The translations under genes and the position numbers were made by a program. DNA of 63,970 bases, counting the filler, from Bigelowiella natans CCMP2755 (taxonomy: Eukaryota; Protista; Cercozoa): the NCBI GenBank assembly GCA_000320545.1. It is 3 parts of 3 records of this genome, joined end to end, with 100 filler letters (N's around TTAATTAATTAA, not from the genome) between each part and the next. Parts side by side here need not be neighbours in the genome. Positions count along the whole stretch, not along the records: positions 1 to 30,338 come from ADNK01001021.1; 2 more parts are not named here. One strand, 5' to 3'. Shown one piece after another: positions 1-19,548 of the stretch; within the stretch, counting starts at the first letter, position 1; the number at the start of each line of letters is the position of its first letter. A model generated the notes under the pieces. It was not told where the DNA came from. It saw only the letters and a program-made list of their open reading frames with translations, and did not search any database.

Positions 1-6821
<6,821 letters not shown>

Positions 6822-7671
6822 CGTCAATGGTGCCTTAGTGAGCTCCATCACTCCGACTGATCGAGATGGGGCTGGGGAGATTTAATAGGATAGTGTCGTT
6901 AAACTGAAAGGAATAGACGGTGTTAACATCGTGTACAAAATTTCGATGTCTTATATTGGGACACTATATAAAGTGCAAGCGCGTCGCATATGTTAGCCAT
7001 GCCTAGATGCTAGCATGTCGCAAACGCATGGTGTAGCAGAGTGCGTCGCTTTATTTGAAAGTATCTAGAGTGTACACACGTAATGCATAGCACAAATAAG
7101 GTGCTAATGGCCTATGCTCTAGTGCTAGCTAATAATATGTAATTTTACTATGTCTATTATTAATAGTTTCCAAAAGTAGGTGAAGCATCATACAATAGTG
7201 AGTGCAATAGAATATTTAGGGCACATCAGCAACCATGGGTTGCGTAGCTAGCTAGGTAGTTGCCAAAATAGTTTAGTACGTGCGATAATGTATATTGCCT
7301 GCTGTCGTCGTTGCTCGGACACACACACACACCACACACACACACACACCGACAGCTCTCTGCATGCTAGCTCTATAGCTTCATTACATTCTGTATGATG
7401 CACGTACGGATCCATCTAGCTAGCTACTCATGCGTACACGTACATGCCATATTACAGTCTGCTACAAGCACAGACTATTTCTCTGAGTACTTAAAAAGAT
7501 AACGTTTAATGTAATCAAGACACTTCACACGTCTAGATGTACGACTTCACACACATGCAAATCATCTTGGCAACTTTTCATGATTTGTTTTCTAGTAACA
7601 CGCTGATATTTGGCGATACTTTTCACTGCTACAACATCGATCTTAACCAAGAAATACAGAACATAATATAC

Positions 7672-7947
7672 TTAATGTGTAAGACCCCAGACTTCAAGAG
7701 CCACGCATTTGAAATCACCGTGGTACCTGCAATTTCCATTTATTCAATTATTATACGTGAAGATCATATAAAGATTAGAAACTACATACTTTTCGCCGTT
7801 TAGAGGTGGATTGTTGAAAGCGATTGTGCTTTCAGTTACTCCGTGGTGCAAGCGATGGTCAATTCTGATATGAATTCGTATTGATTGACATCTTAGAGAA
7901 TGAAAGAAATACGACGGCGAATCATCATGATCATAAAAATGAGGCAG

Positions 7948-7980
<33 letters not shown>

Positions 7981-10900
7981 CCAAGAGCAACTCGATCTCC
8001 AGATCCAATACCAAACCATTGCGGTGTACGTCGGCACCATAAATTGACGACATTTCCATTGAGGGTATCCATGTTACGAAGCCTAGTTATTAAATAACAA
8101 TACTCACACTACTACATACACTTCAAAGAGAGAATAATAGGTTAGTCGTAGTAGTCGTAGTACTGGTTGCCACGTCTCCTCGATTCTTTGGTAGGTGCTG
8201 CTGAATCTGACTCGGAATGATCACTTCGCCCACCACCATCAATCACCGCCACCATCACCAGCATCATCAGCATCATCAGCATCTTCATCATATCAAACCA
8301 CACATATATCATATACAACAAGAAGATGATGATGATGATGATGACGATGATGATGATGACGATGATGATGATGACGACGACGAACAACACGCACATGCCA
8401 GAAAAAGACTGTACCCTCATCTACTCACCACTACTACCTCATTGATTCGAAGCTTTTTCCTCTTCCAAGTGCTGCTTGCGTAGGTGCGACCCTGGAGGGG
8501 GGCGGGTGAGACGACGACGAAAATTATTATTGCATATGATCATACGTACATATTACTGAATCATCATTTGAAAGGTAGATTACATTGATGTCTTTTGATT
8601 TTGTTGTTGTGAAAGAGCCGCAGCTTCCATATCCGCTTTGCGTTTTTCATCTTGTTTTCTTGTCCGCCACCCGCTAATCAATTATTGACCAAAGATGGAT
8701 GTATAGATAATAAAAATAATAATAACAATGATAATATGTTTTGTAACATGTATAATGCACATTATTATTCGATTAAATATTACTCACACACTTGTTTGAA
8801 AATACTTATTTTCATACTACCACTTCTTCTTCTTCTTCTTCTTCTACTACTACCACTACTGCTACTACTATTACTAACAATCACTTGCAACACTACAACA
8901 ATTAACATACAGAGCGTCCTTGGGTTTCGTCTGCTTTTCCTCTATCTGGCGGTACAACTCTTCGCTTACTTGGCGGATGGGAGAACTTGGGGCACTAATT
9001 TGTTATTATTAGAATTGATACATACATACATACACATACATGCATAGATCATCATCAAATTATAATTACAGACGACCATTATCAATTATTATTATTATTA
9101 TTTTTACTTTCATTATGAATGGGCTATTATTATAATTAATCGCTACTACTACTACTCTAGTAGTAGCAGTAGCAGTACCTGTATGTTTCTTCTCGGTTTT
9201 GATCTCGATCATCCCTCAACTCGGTAGTAGTGCGTGATGACACTTTCTCACTGCTTCGTCTCATACGACGTCTATTAGAAGTGGTTGGTATGTTGATGAT
9301 CTACTTATTTATTTATCACTTTCTCTATCTATGGGTATTATGATGATGATGGTGATGGGGTGCTGTTTTTGGTGTGATCTTTCTCTATCTACTATTTTCA
9401 TATCTACAACGCTATAGCAGCAGCAGCACTACGAATACATGCAATACTACTACTACGACCTGGTACTATTTGATTGACTATTTGATTGTTGTTCTTGCTG
9501 CTGTTTAGTAGGCGTTGTGGGCGCTTGGGTGCTGTGTGCTCTTTGAAGCTGAAGATGATGATGTATGGCAATTGATACAAAAAGTAGTAAATAGTAGTGG
9601 ACAGACAGGGAGACAGCAGCAGACACACAACCAGGTAAAAAATAAGAACCAACTATACATGATACACAACATATTACATAAATACATCTTCGGTGGTATT
9701 GGAAAACAACAACAATAATAATGGTTATTATTATTATTATTAGTAGTAGTAGTAGTAGTGGTGGTTCAGTACATCAGGCAGCCGGAGTTTCTCTGGCTCT
9801 AATGCTCTTGCATCACTCTGTGCTTTGATTAAAGCAGGAGGCTTTTGTGCTGGTGAGGCACTACTGGTACCACCCTTTTTGGTATCCCCCCATCTTTTTG
9901 GATCCTATCATCATCATTTTTTACAAATTGTGTAACCACCACCAGCAGCAGCAGCACAATTTAGGAGGGGGGCATAGGTAACTAAGAAAGCAACGACGAT
10001 GACGAGGAGAAAACAATCGTAATCTAATCTAAGCTACCGAGTAGTAGTAGTGGTAGCATTGAAGTTTAGGGCTTAATGTAAACACAAAGGACTCTTCTCC
10101 AATTTCATGTTTACGAAGATCCTAACAACACAATAATAAGTAGTCGTTGATTGGAGATAGATGTGATGCTTATTGCATTGTTGTTGTAGTACTTACTATA
10201 CGTAATACGTACCTCCCTCCAGTGGAGAAATACCCCAAATGAACTCTGCTTATTTGTCTTAATGATGATAAATGCAGATTGATGCCCTGTTCGGTCAAGG
10301 AGGATATCCAAGCTATACCTAATATTATATAACCATACATACTCACAACACCGATTTAAACATTCCTTCTTCTTTTCACTCATAATCTATACTATATATA
10401 CTACTACCCATGAGTTTCTGTTGTGAAAAGCAAGACGGGATCTTGAATTCTCATTAAAGCAGGAAGATGTTTCCATAGCTGTAGTAGTAGTAATAGTGTA
10501 AGCAAACGATCCAACCAGGACACAACCAAGCCAGAAAAACAAAAATAATAATAATAACAGCAATTGATATTACTAATTATCATAATAATTAACACAGGTT
10601 AGTGATGATTAATATCTCTTCTGACTCTAATATCCGGATTATTATTATTATTATTATTGTTCTTTCCACACTTAATACGGCTCCTCCTACTACTACTATA
10701 AGTGCTACTACTCCTAAAAGTTGACATGTGTAGTGGTAGTAGTAGTAGTAGTAGTTGTTGTTGTTGTTGTTGTATTATAGTAGTACCTTCCTAAGCTGAG
10801 TCACTGTGAGTAACTTGGAGCTTGATGCGGTGAATTGGGGCATATAAAACACAGGAACCTACACCATACACACACACACACACACACACACACTTATATA

Positions 10901-11176
10901 TATATAATATATATAGAGTAGCAGCAGCAGTGGCAAATGACTTTAATTTTTGAGTACTAGATAGCGATATTATACATATATCACAAACGAATGACAAACC
11001 TTTGCAAAAGGAATATCTTGAATTTCATGTGTTGCATGTAACTTGCTCAGCATTCTCCTCGAAAAACCACGGATGCTGAAAGCCTGATTACGACAAAAAA
11101 CAACCAAGAAAAAGACAAACATTTAATGATATTTTTGTGACGAGTTGTCCTCTCCGTAGTACTTGCTCTTCTGGAG

Positions 11177-11208
<32 letters not shown>

Positions 11209-11390
11209 ATTATGATAGTACTAGAGCACAGACAGGTCGCTGACCTCGGCCAAAACATCATCGATATTCGTATGCATACGCATCCTCTTTGCAAATCGTT
11301 TCAGGAATTGATGCTTGCTTGAACAAGCGAGAAGTTCTTTCTGAAGGTATACCCAGTATACTGTAATCAGTTTTAACTACTACCACTGCT

Positions 11391-11421
<31 letters not shown>

Positions 11422-11464
11422 ATTGCACTCTTCTTCCATCATCTACATACAAACATGCAAACAT

Positions 11465-11495
<31 letters not shown>

Positions 11496-14359
11496 TGTGT
11501 GTTGCGGCTAAGGCTAAATACACAAGCAGTAGTGTTAAGTAGTACCTCGTGAAGCTTGAGGAGGGCAAGACCGATGCGGAAAAGCATTTTTGCCCCTTCA
11601 GAAATGAAACAATCTGTTATCCTTAACACAGTATCATACCTGGAGAAAGAAGAAGAGGAAGTTGATCAAGGAAGAGAAGAATTATAATTTATTATTTACA
11701 GACGACAACCATAACCAAGCCATGGTTCATGAATCATGAGCAGGCATCTTCCAAATATTACTACGAATATATGATGATTTGTATGCATGCATGCATGCAT
11801 GCATGCAACAAAGAGGGGCTTGGAAGACCAACAAAAAAGACAACTTACGAGACAAAGGAGACGTAGAGCCGTGCAAACCAGACTTCTACTTCATGAATCA
11901 TGTTTATCCCGAGCTTCTCAATGTGCTTAGCGAGGATTTTATTTCTGACGACGCATATGATCATATCTGTCAAATACTACTACTATTATGGTCGAAATGT
12001 ATGTATGTATATATTTATAATATGTATGTGTGTTTGGTTTGCTGTTAGAAGAAGAAGTACTACCTGACTTGCATCAGTAACAGAAAGCTTTCTACGTAGC
12101 ACATGAAGCGTTCCCCAGAGAGTGGGAAGAACCACTCATCTTTCTTACTTCGCTCAATCATTGCATCGATCATATGGTACACCTGATGTGATCATGGGAA
12201 GTAAATCAAATTATACAACTCAGTGCTACAGCAACTAACGAGTGTATTATTACTGCTACTACTACTTCTACTACAGAGAAGAAAATGAAGTGACCTCCCA
12301 CTCCGGGACGTGCAAGACGAGTATTGAGCAGAGATCCGGTAAGAACGGGCAATATACAACCTCTGGATGAATATGCTGCAACATGCATAACAGCCTTTCC
12401 ACCTGAACAAACCAAAGCAGCACTCATGTATAAAATAGGAAAGTCAGCTTGCCAATCCCAATTATTGTGAATCTCCGTTATTTATTTGAGATGGTGGTGG
12501 TGGTGTTATATAGTAGCATGCATTGATTATAGTACCGCTGCTTCCCCCTGCTCGGTGATTGGATGGGAGTGAAACAACTTGTGCGGTCCTCCAAAATCTA
12601 GCCAAGATAGAGTGTAGTATACATACATTTGATCAGTGTGTATTTTTCTTATAAAAGAGATTTACACGACATAGATGAATCTGACCAGGAACATGCACAT
12701 GATGCTCGAGTTCGTCGAAATCTGGAACATGACCATGCCAGATCTCCTCTTCAATCCTGTTTTATATATGTAAGAATATATGTATGTGAACTTCTAATAA
12801 TATTTAAGAATATATGTATATGAACTTCTAATAATATTTAAGGTAGGAGAAGACGATCTTGGAGTAACAACGTACGCTTCAAACTCCGCTTGTTTTGCTT
12901 GAGAATCGAATTCCTCTCCAATCGCAATCATTCTCCACATCTACGATGATATATAGCATATGTCAGTATTATACGAATATGTAAGACAACAGGATCGAAT
13001 TTCTTTCCTATGGCAATCATTCTCCACATCTACAACGAGATACTAACATATCGTATATATCGGATATGATGTAACACTAATAGTAATTGGATTTATCACC
13101 ACCACCACCACCACCATAAGAACCAACTGCACCTTCGGTCGCATGGAAGGATGAAATCCCTTCCGTGCAATCTGTTTTGTGTTAGCGCTTCCTTGGGCAA
13201 TTTGAGATTGCTCGTCCATTTTCATCTCTCCCAGTCGCTCCTTACATTCACAAGGTTATAAGAATAAGAAGTAGGAGGATGTTATTATATTAGTAGATTT
13301 TAGAAACTTGGTGCTGCCATCATTTCCTTACCTGTAGCATTGCATTTATGTTTTCTGCTCCGTCGACCGCGTTAACACCTGCGTGCGTCGTAAAAACAAA
13401 CAACGACTGGCATCACTACTATGTCTACCAACATATATGTTGAATAATAATGCTACTTCTTTAGAACAACGTTTAACCTTCAGATTCTCCAGTTGTATCA
13501 CAGAAGAAAATGAGGTCAGAGCCTCCAACGTGCATGAAGCGCTTGATATCCACAAATGATTTGGGTTTTTTTAACTGCTCCATTTTCTTGTCGACTTCAA
13601 TGGCATGTATTCCACAAACTTCCAATACAACGTCGAGTTTTCGGGTGATTTTACATAAATGCGCAAGGTTATCAGAGTTTTTGATATGATCCTCGATGGC
13701 CTTATTTTTATCATCAATATTAATTTGTCAATTCAGTGTCGCAAGTCGGAAGATGTCTAGTCTTACTAGAGTAGGACAATATGTACCTTCAACTGGCTCA
13801 CAAGCCTCGTTCTCACACCTTCGGTCTGAGATTATTGGCGAATAGCACAACATAGTCAGCGATAAGCTCCTCCCCCCACAAACTACTACTACCAGCTCTA
13901 TAACAGGGGAAGAAGGGTCTCGAATGTCGACACCGTCCAAGCCATCACCAGCTTCAGGGTGTTCCAACAAGCTGCGAAAACTCATATCTCGAGCCTTATC
14001 ATTAAATATACCAAAATATTAAGTTTTATGGCTAGTTCATTAAATCATAGACATTGGTGATGATAACAACCCTTATGCCACTTTGGTTCTGCGTGTCGCT
14101 CGAATCCGTGAATCTATTGAGCACCTGTAGCACATAACACCGTCCCTTTTTGATGAAGAAACTTTTAATAAATTATTACTACCTCCACCAGCTGTGATTT
14201 CGCGACAGTTCCGGTATCTTCGCATTTTTCGAGGGATTTGAAGGCCGTCGCAATCAAAGCTTCCTTCGCAGTTCCGATAGAGACTCGACTTCCTGTCCTC
14301 CTCAATCCCTCATCCTTGGAGTCCGTCTTTAAATCCCCTCCCTTGACTTCGGTGGTCAT
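7672..14359 (-). CDS. TBC (Rab-GAP) + TLDc domain protein, TBC1D24/Skywalker-like architecture; multi-exon
   Basis: Starts MTTEVKGGDLK at 14359. TBC-type exons: KQIARKGFHPSMRPK|MWRMIAIG and LRITDCFISEGAKMLFRIGLALLKLHE. TLDc exons: LWKHLPALMRIQDPVLLFTTETHG|YSLDILL..FIIIKTNKQSSFGVFL, IGEESFVFTLSPKLQCY, IRIDHRLHHGVTESTIAFNNPPLNGE, GDFKCVALEVWGLTH* (stop 7672-7674). Confidence 0.85.
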
Positions 14360-15122
14360 GTCTTCTCAATTGCTTTCTTTTAGTGGTGGAGATTTTTTTT
14401 CACACCCTTAATTCTTTCCCTCTCTTCTCCTTTCTCCCTCTCTTTAAACTATCAAGGTGTTGATTTTTTTGGTTGGTTGGTGGTTGGTTGGCTTGGTTGG
14501 TGTTGTTGCCTGGATTGTTGTCGTTGTTACTGCCATTATTTATGCGATAAACTACTGAATCAATCACCATTCACCACGGACAATTACAAATACCTTAAAA
14601 AATTAAAAATCTTCGTCCGAAGATACCCTACCATCAGATTCCTTTGATAGTGAATGACTGTAAAGAAGTGCTTGCGACAATAACATTGAGAAGTTTTTAG
14701 TGTGAATACCCTGCAAATGCTATTAAGCACTTCCTATGATCCATTTTTCTCCTTGTGATCACAAACGAGAAGTTAGTCAGTTAGTTAGTTAGGTAGTTAT
14801 TCTGTTCGCGCCCTTGACTTCCCAGCTATGTTGTTACACCGAAGTGATTTTCAGTGTGGATGTTGTCTCATAAAGGACATTGCGAAAGAAGTTTCTTGAT
14901 CTGGACTAGATCTAGCGCAAAAATGAACACACAAAGACATGACATGTTGTTGTGTTGTTGTTGTTAATAGATTTGGGGCAAAAAAAAACCTAAAGCAAAA
15001 GAACACGACCCCCCTCCTTTGACCACCGCCGTCGAAGACGAGCCAACGGGGAGGAGGGAGGGAAGGCGAAATTGCCACATGGACAACGAGACCACTTCAT
15101 ATTAGTGCGCTCTCACGTCACA

Positions 15123-18100
15123 ATGATTTGCGACAAAATCCGTGTCATGCTGCTCGGCACTTCAATCTTGCTCCACATCCTTGCGGCCCATTCAAACAAG
15201 CAAAACAATCTCCAGATGGCAACCGAATCATTCGAATTAGTTGACCTCACAAAGTATGATCCACTTGCTGTTTGTAATGACAATTCTTCAGCCAAGCTTT
15301 ACTACATTAAAGGAAACATCGAAAGGAGAAGGGGAAGTGATCAAATGTATTGGATGTTGTATCTTGAAGGGGGTGGTATGTGTTATGACGAAACCTCGTG
15401 CTTGCAGAGAGCAGCAAAGGCACCTGGTAAAATAAGTAGCTATACCAGGGGTAGAATTCCTCCGGGTATGAACAATGGAATCTTTGACAGCAGGAGAATA
15501 CGTGATGATGCTTTTCTTGCAAACATGAACAAGGCATTTGTGCCCTACTGTTCGAGTGATGCATGGCTTGGGGATTCGCCCATTTCCTATGGGAACAGAA
15601 GTTATAGTACAAAATTCCGTGATTCATTTCGTGGAGGATTTCGTGGCTCTCGCATTCTTTATGCGGCGATTAAAGCCTTAGTCGAGAGAGGTGTTACGAA
15701 ATCTGACCATTTCATCCTCGGAGGTTGCAGTGCAGGCGCACGAGGCGCGTTGTCTCACTTGGATTTAGTATCGTCTTCATCATCGTATACTCCTGTGCCA
15801 ATTCCTTCAGATGATGATAGCAGCGGTGGTAAGTATGGCATTCTATTACCTGATGGAATCGAAGTCTCTGGATTCCTGGACTCTCCGTTGTGGATTGATT
15901 TGGATCCTATCTCCAAAGAGTCCGTAAGCTTACTTGAGCGAATACGCCGATTGTCTGTTATGGCCGATATCTCTTTTTCTTATGGAAAACGATGTGAAGA
16001 AGCGACGCAGCCTGAAGAGGTTCATCGATGTGCATTTGGTGAGCACCGTCTTAGGTTTCTTCAGACTCCATACTTCCTGATTCAAAACCAACTTGATAGC
16101 TATCAGCTCAAGGTGAAATGCAGACTCGATGTAAATGATGCCTAGATCTTATTTCTGGGAAAGAATATATTTGTCAGTACTTTGACTCTTTTAATATTGG
16201 TGTTAGGTTCTTGGTGCTGCAACAGATAAGTATGGTGATTTCTCTGCTCCCTGGCTTCGTATAGCACTTGCTAACCGCACACGCAAAGCAACAACATTTG
16301 AGCCTTCATCGTCCAAAAGCAATAGAAATGGTTTCAAAGATACTTTCCCCCCCTATGGGTTATTCTCTCCAGCATGTGAAAAGCATTGTCTCTCCCTCCA
16401 TAGTAGTTTCACAAAGGTGAATATAAACGGAACAACGGTCAAGGACGCATACGTGCTCTGGCAAACACACCTGAAGAAAAATATGATTGGTAGGAATCAT
16501 TCTTCCCCCTATAACAATGTGGCAATTAAGATGAGATGGGTAGACAACTGTGATGGCCCGAGTGAGTGTGGGGGCGGCTGTGTTACATACAAATCAAGCG
16601 GGAAAAAGAAAAAGAACGATAAGAAAACCATTGAAAGGGTGTTGAAAAAGGGGAGGGGTACTACTGGTAAAAGGATGGAAGAAACAAGGAACAAGATGAA
16701 AAGAGGCAAAAGATCCTCCAAAGTAGCGCTCACACTCGGAAACGATACACTCAGTCGTATTGAGGCGAATTATGTGTGTGTAAATTTGGACTGGTGGCCA
16801 AAATCGAAGTGCGACTACGGCACTTGCCCCTGGTCTGGTGCTTCAGTTCTCCATCTTGATCTCACAACTCCTGGCCTCGAAGACGCGCTACAAATGTTGG
16901 GAGGAGCTCCAGCTCAAAAGGCAGCATCAGGGGTACGCCTCCGTATTGGAGGCTCTCTAAGTGACTTAGTGCACTACACTCAACTAAGTAGCAGCAGCAC
17001 CGGCAAGGAGTCATGTCCTCCGGACTTTAAGGGAGATAACCACACTCGAATTGGTTACGATTTGGCAGGTGCCTGTCTTCCTTGGAAACGGTGGACGCAA
17101 ATTGCATATTTTTGCAAGAGAGTAAACTGTGAATTGATCTTCATGATAAATGCACTTCGAGGTCGTAAAAAGATAGAATGCCCAGAGAAGATCGATTGCA
17201 GGCACAACTTCAAACGAAATCCATGTTGCACCGCATGGCAGAAGGGTAGTAACTGGAACTCTACCAATGCGCTCGAATTTCTGAAGAAAGTTGCACATGC
17301 TGCCAGTATTAATAATAACTCCCCGCGAATATTTGGATTTGAGTTTGGAAATGAATTAGCGGGTAGAAAGGGCATCCAAGCGCATTTAACCCCTCAGAAT
17401 TACGGCGATGGGTTTTTAGAACTGAAGAGGATGGTTGATGATTTGTGGGGAAATGTAGTGGAGGAGGTGCGGCCAAAGATCATAGGGCCTAACTCAGCGT
17501 TTCAGGAGAAATGGAATTCTGAGTTCTTAAGATATATAAGTGATCATGGCGAGAAAGTCGATATTTTAACCTCACACATGTATACTCTGGGCGCTGGCGT
17601 ATCTCCCAAAGTTCCCAAATTCATGCTTATGCCAACGAAGTTAGATCATCTGAAAGCAAAAGCAGAAACTGCAGCAAGAGTTGTGAGTGCTTATGGTGGT
17701 TCTACTACTGCTCTTTGGGTTGGGGAGGCAGGTGGCGCATACAACTCTGGGCGTGCAAATGCGACAGATGCTTTCATATCGGCCTTTTGGTTCAATCACA
17801 ACCTTGCAACCCTTGCTACGGCTGGATATCAGGCATTCTGCCGTCAAACACTCTTGGGGGGGCATTATGGCTTATTGAGACTTGTACCGGACATTCATAA
17901 AAATGAACAAAAACGACGACAGCGTACTAATAGAGGGAATGAGTTACCCAAGCCACGCTTACGCGCCGTTCCAAACCCTGATTTTTATTCAGCTGTGATT
18001 TGGAATCGAATCATCGGCACGCGAGTGTTGAAGGTGGAACTTAATATGATAAAAGCTCCAGGGGGTGAGAAGCTTCGGGGCTGGGGATTTTGCATGCAGG

Positions 18101-18798
18101 GTAGGGAGGGAGGAGATCAAGGAGGTGTGGTTTTATTACTGATAAATTATTCGGAAGATTCTGAAGTACAAGTTATTCTCCCCCCCCAAGATATAGCTCC
18201 GTGGGCTCACACAGAACGTGTTGATTACGTGCTTGGGCCTCACAAAGGCGATTTGTATTCGAAGGAGTTAGAGTTGAACGATCGTCTTGTTGAATTGGAA
18301 GCTGCAGGAAAGAAAATTCCTGATATAATCTCTCGAGGTGTCAAGGTGGGGGCTGGAGCGCCTCTAAGGCTCAAAAATCTTACTGTAGCATTCATCACAT
18401 TTCCCAGGGCTCAATACCACACATGTATAGACGCCAAAAATAAAAGTGCACATTCTAGTAGTGGTAGTAACAGCAACAGTAATCAAGATCACAGTAATCG
18501 CCACCTTGAAAGTAGCGAGTGGTTATTCACGGAAGCATACACAATGGTAGCTATGATGCTTCTGGGTTTTCTGCTAGCCTGTGCGGTTATTGAAGTATTC
18601 CGTAGACATAGAAGACGACACTTGAATCGACTGCGTGCCTCCTCTATTCTAATTCCTCTCTCTGAAGAGGAGGAAGGAGAAGAAGGTGTAGTACATACCC
18701 TTTCTGTTTTCTCAAGAGACGTAACTCAAACTAGTACTTCATCCGTAGCGAGAAGACGCACCAGTCCGTTACGTCAAGGAAACGAGGAGATAAGGTAG
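15123..18798 (+). CDS. Pectin acetylesterase/Notum-family esterase fused to a GH79 heparanase-like beta-glucuronidase; N-terminal signal peptide, C-terminal TM helix; exons 15123-16112 and 16207-18798, ~1193 aa
   Basis: PAE motifs: AVCNDNS, LYLEGGGMC, FVPYCSSDAWLG, GCSAG (catalytic Ser), NQLDSYQ (Asp), FSPACEKHC (His), WVDNCDGP. Removing the GT-AG intron 16113-16206 joins these in frame to GH79 motifs NYVCVNLDWWPKSKCDYGTCPW, LRIGGSLSD, FEFGNEL (acid/base), WVGEAGGAYNSG (nucleophile), FCRQTLLGGHYGLL, PNPDFYSA. The TM segment AYTMVAMMLLGFLLACAVIEVF is followed by basic residues. Confidence 0.92.
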
Positions 18799-19548
18799 TT
18801 ACTGCTGCACAAAATAGCATTGCATGTATCAAAACCTTATCAGCATGTAGTGAATAAGAAGATATTTCGAATTTACAATGCACGTGTAAGTGAAACCCGT
18901 CCGGCCGGTAGCCTGCTTGCGTGCAACATTGCAATAGCGTAGCATGCTGAACGCATCTAGTGCCCGCAAAGTTACTTACGCTAACGTAGTCCATCCATCT
19001 TGCTCTCATTACGTACAGTCATGCGCAATAAAATATGTGAATTATTGCTCCAGTGCGAGATTCTGAACCCTGGCGATGATGCGTGTCCTGTTGAAAATCA
19101 TTTTTGATTTCGAAGCGCCGTGCAAGAGCAGTTTGTTGCTGGCTCAAAAAACGACAAACGTAACGCGTAGACACCTCGAAATCTTAAATAGACCATTCAA
19201 GCACCCGACATTGTCATAATACGAGTCTAAACAGCGCAGGTTTGAGACGCGTGCAAGTAGCAAGTATGCGCAACAATGTTGGAGTGAAACTGCGCTGACC
19301 TAAGCTAGCTAGACTCCCCACTACATGTTTCTTGTCAGCATTGTCAGTTGCTTTCGATTCATATAGTTCAGCATACATATGTTCAATGTGCAGCACATGC
19401 CAGCACGGAGTCATGGCTAGATGTGCATGTGCGTGCCATGAACGAAGAAATCTAGGCGATAGCTCATTATTACGTAAATGCGTACATAGATTCATTAAGA
19501 GTAGAAGAGTGAAACTTTGATGCACTTTCGAATTGTAATCAAAGCCTG

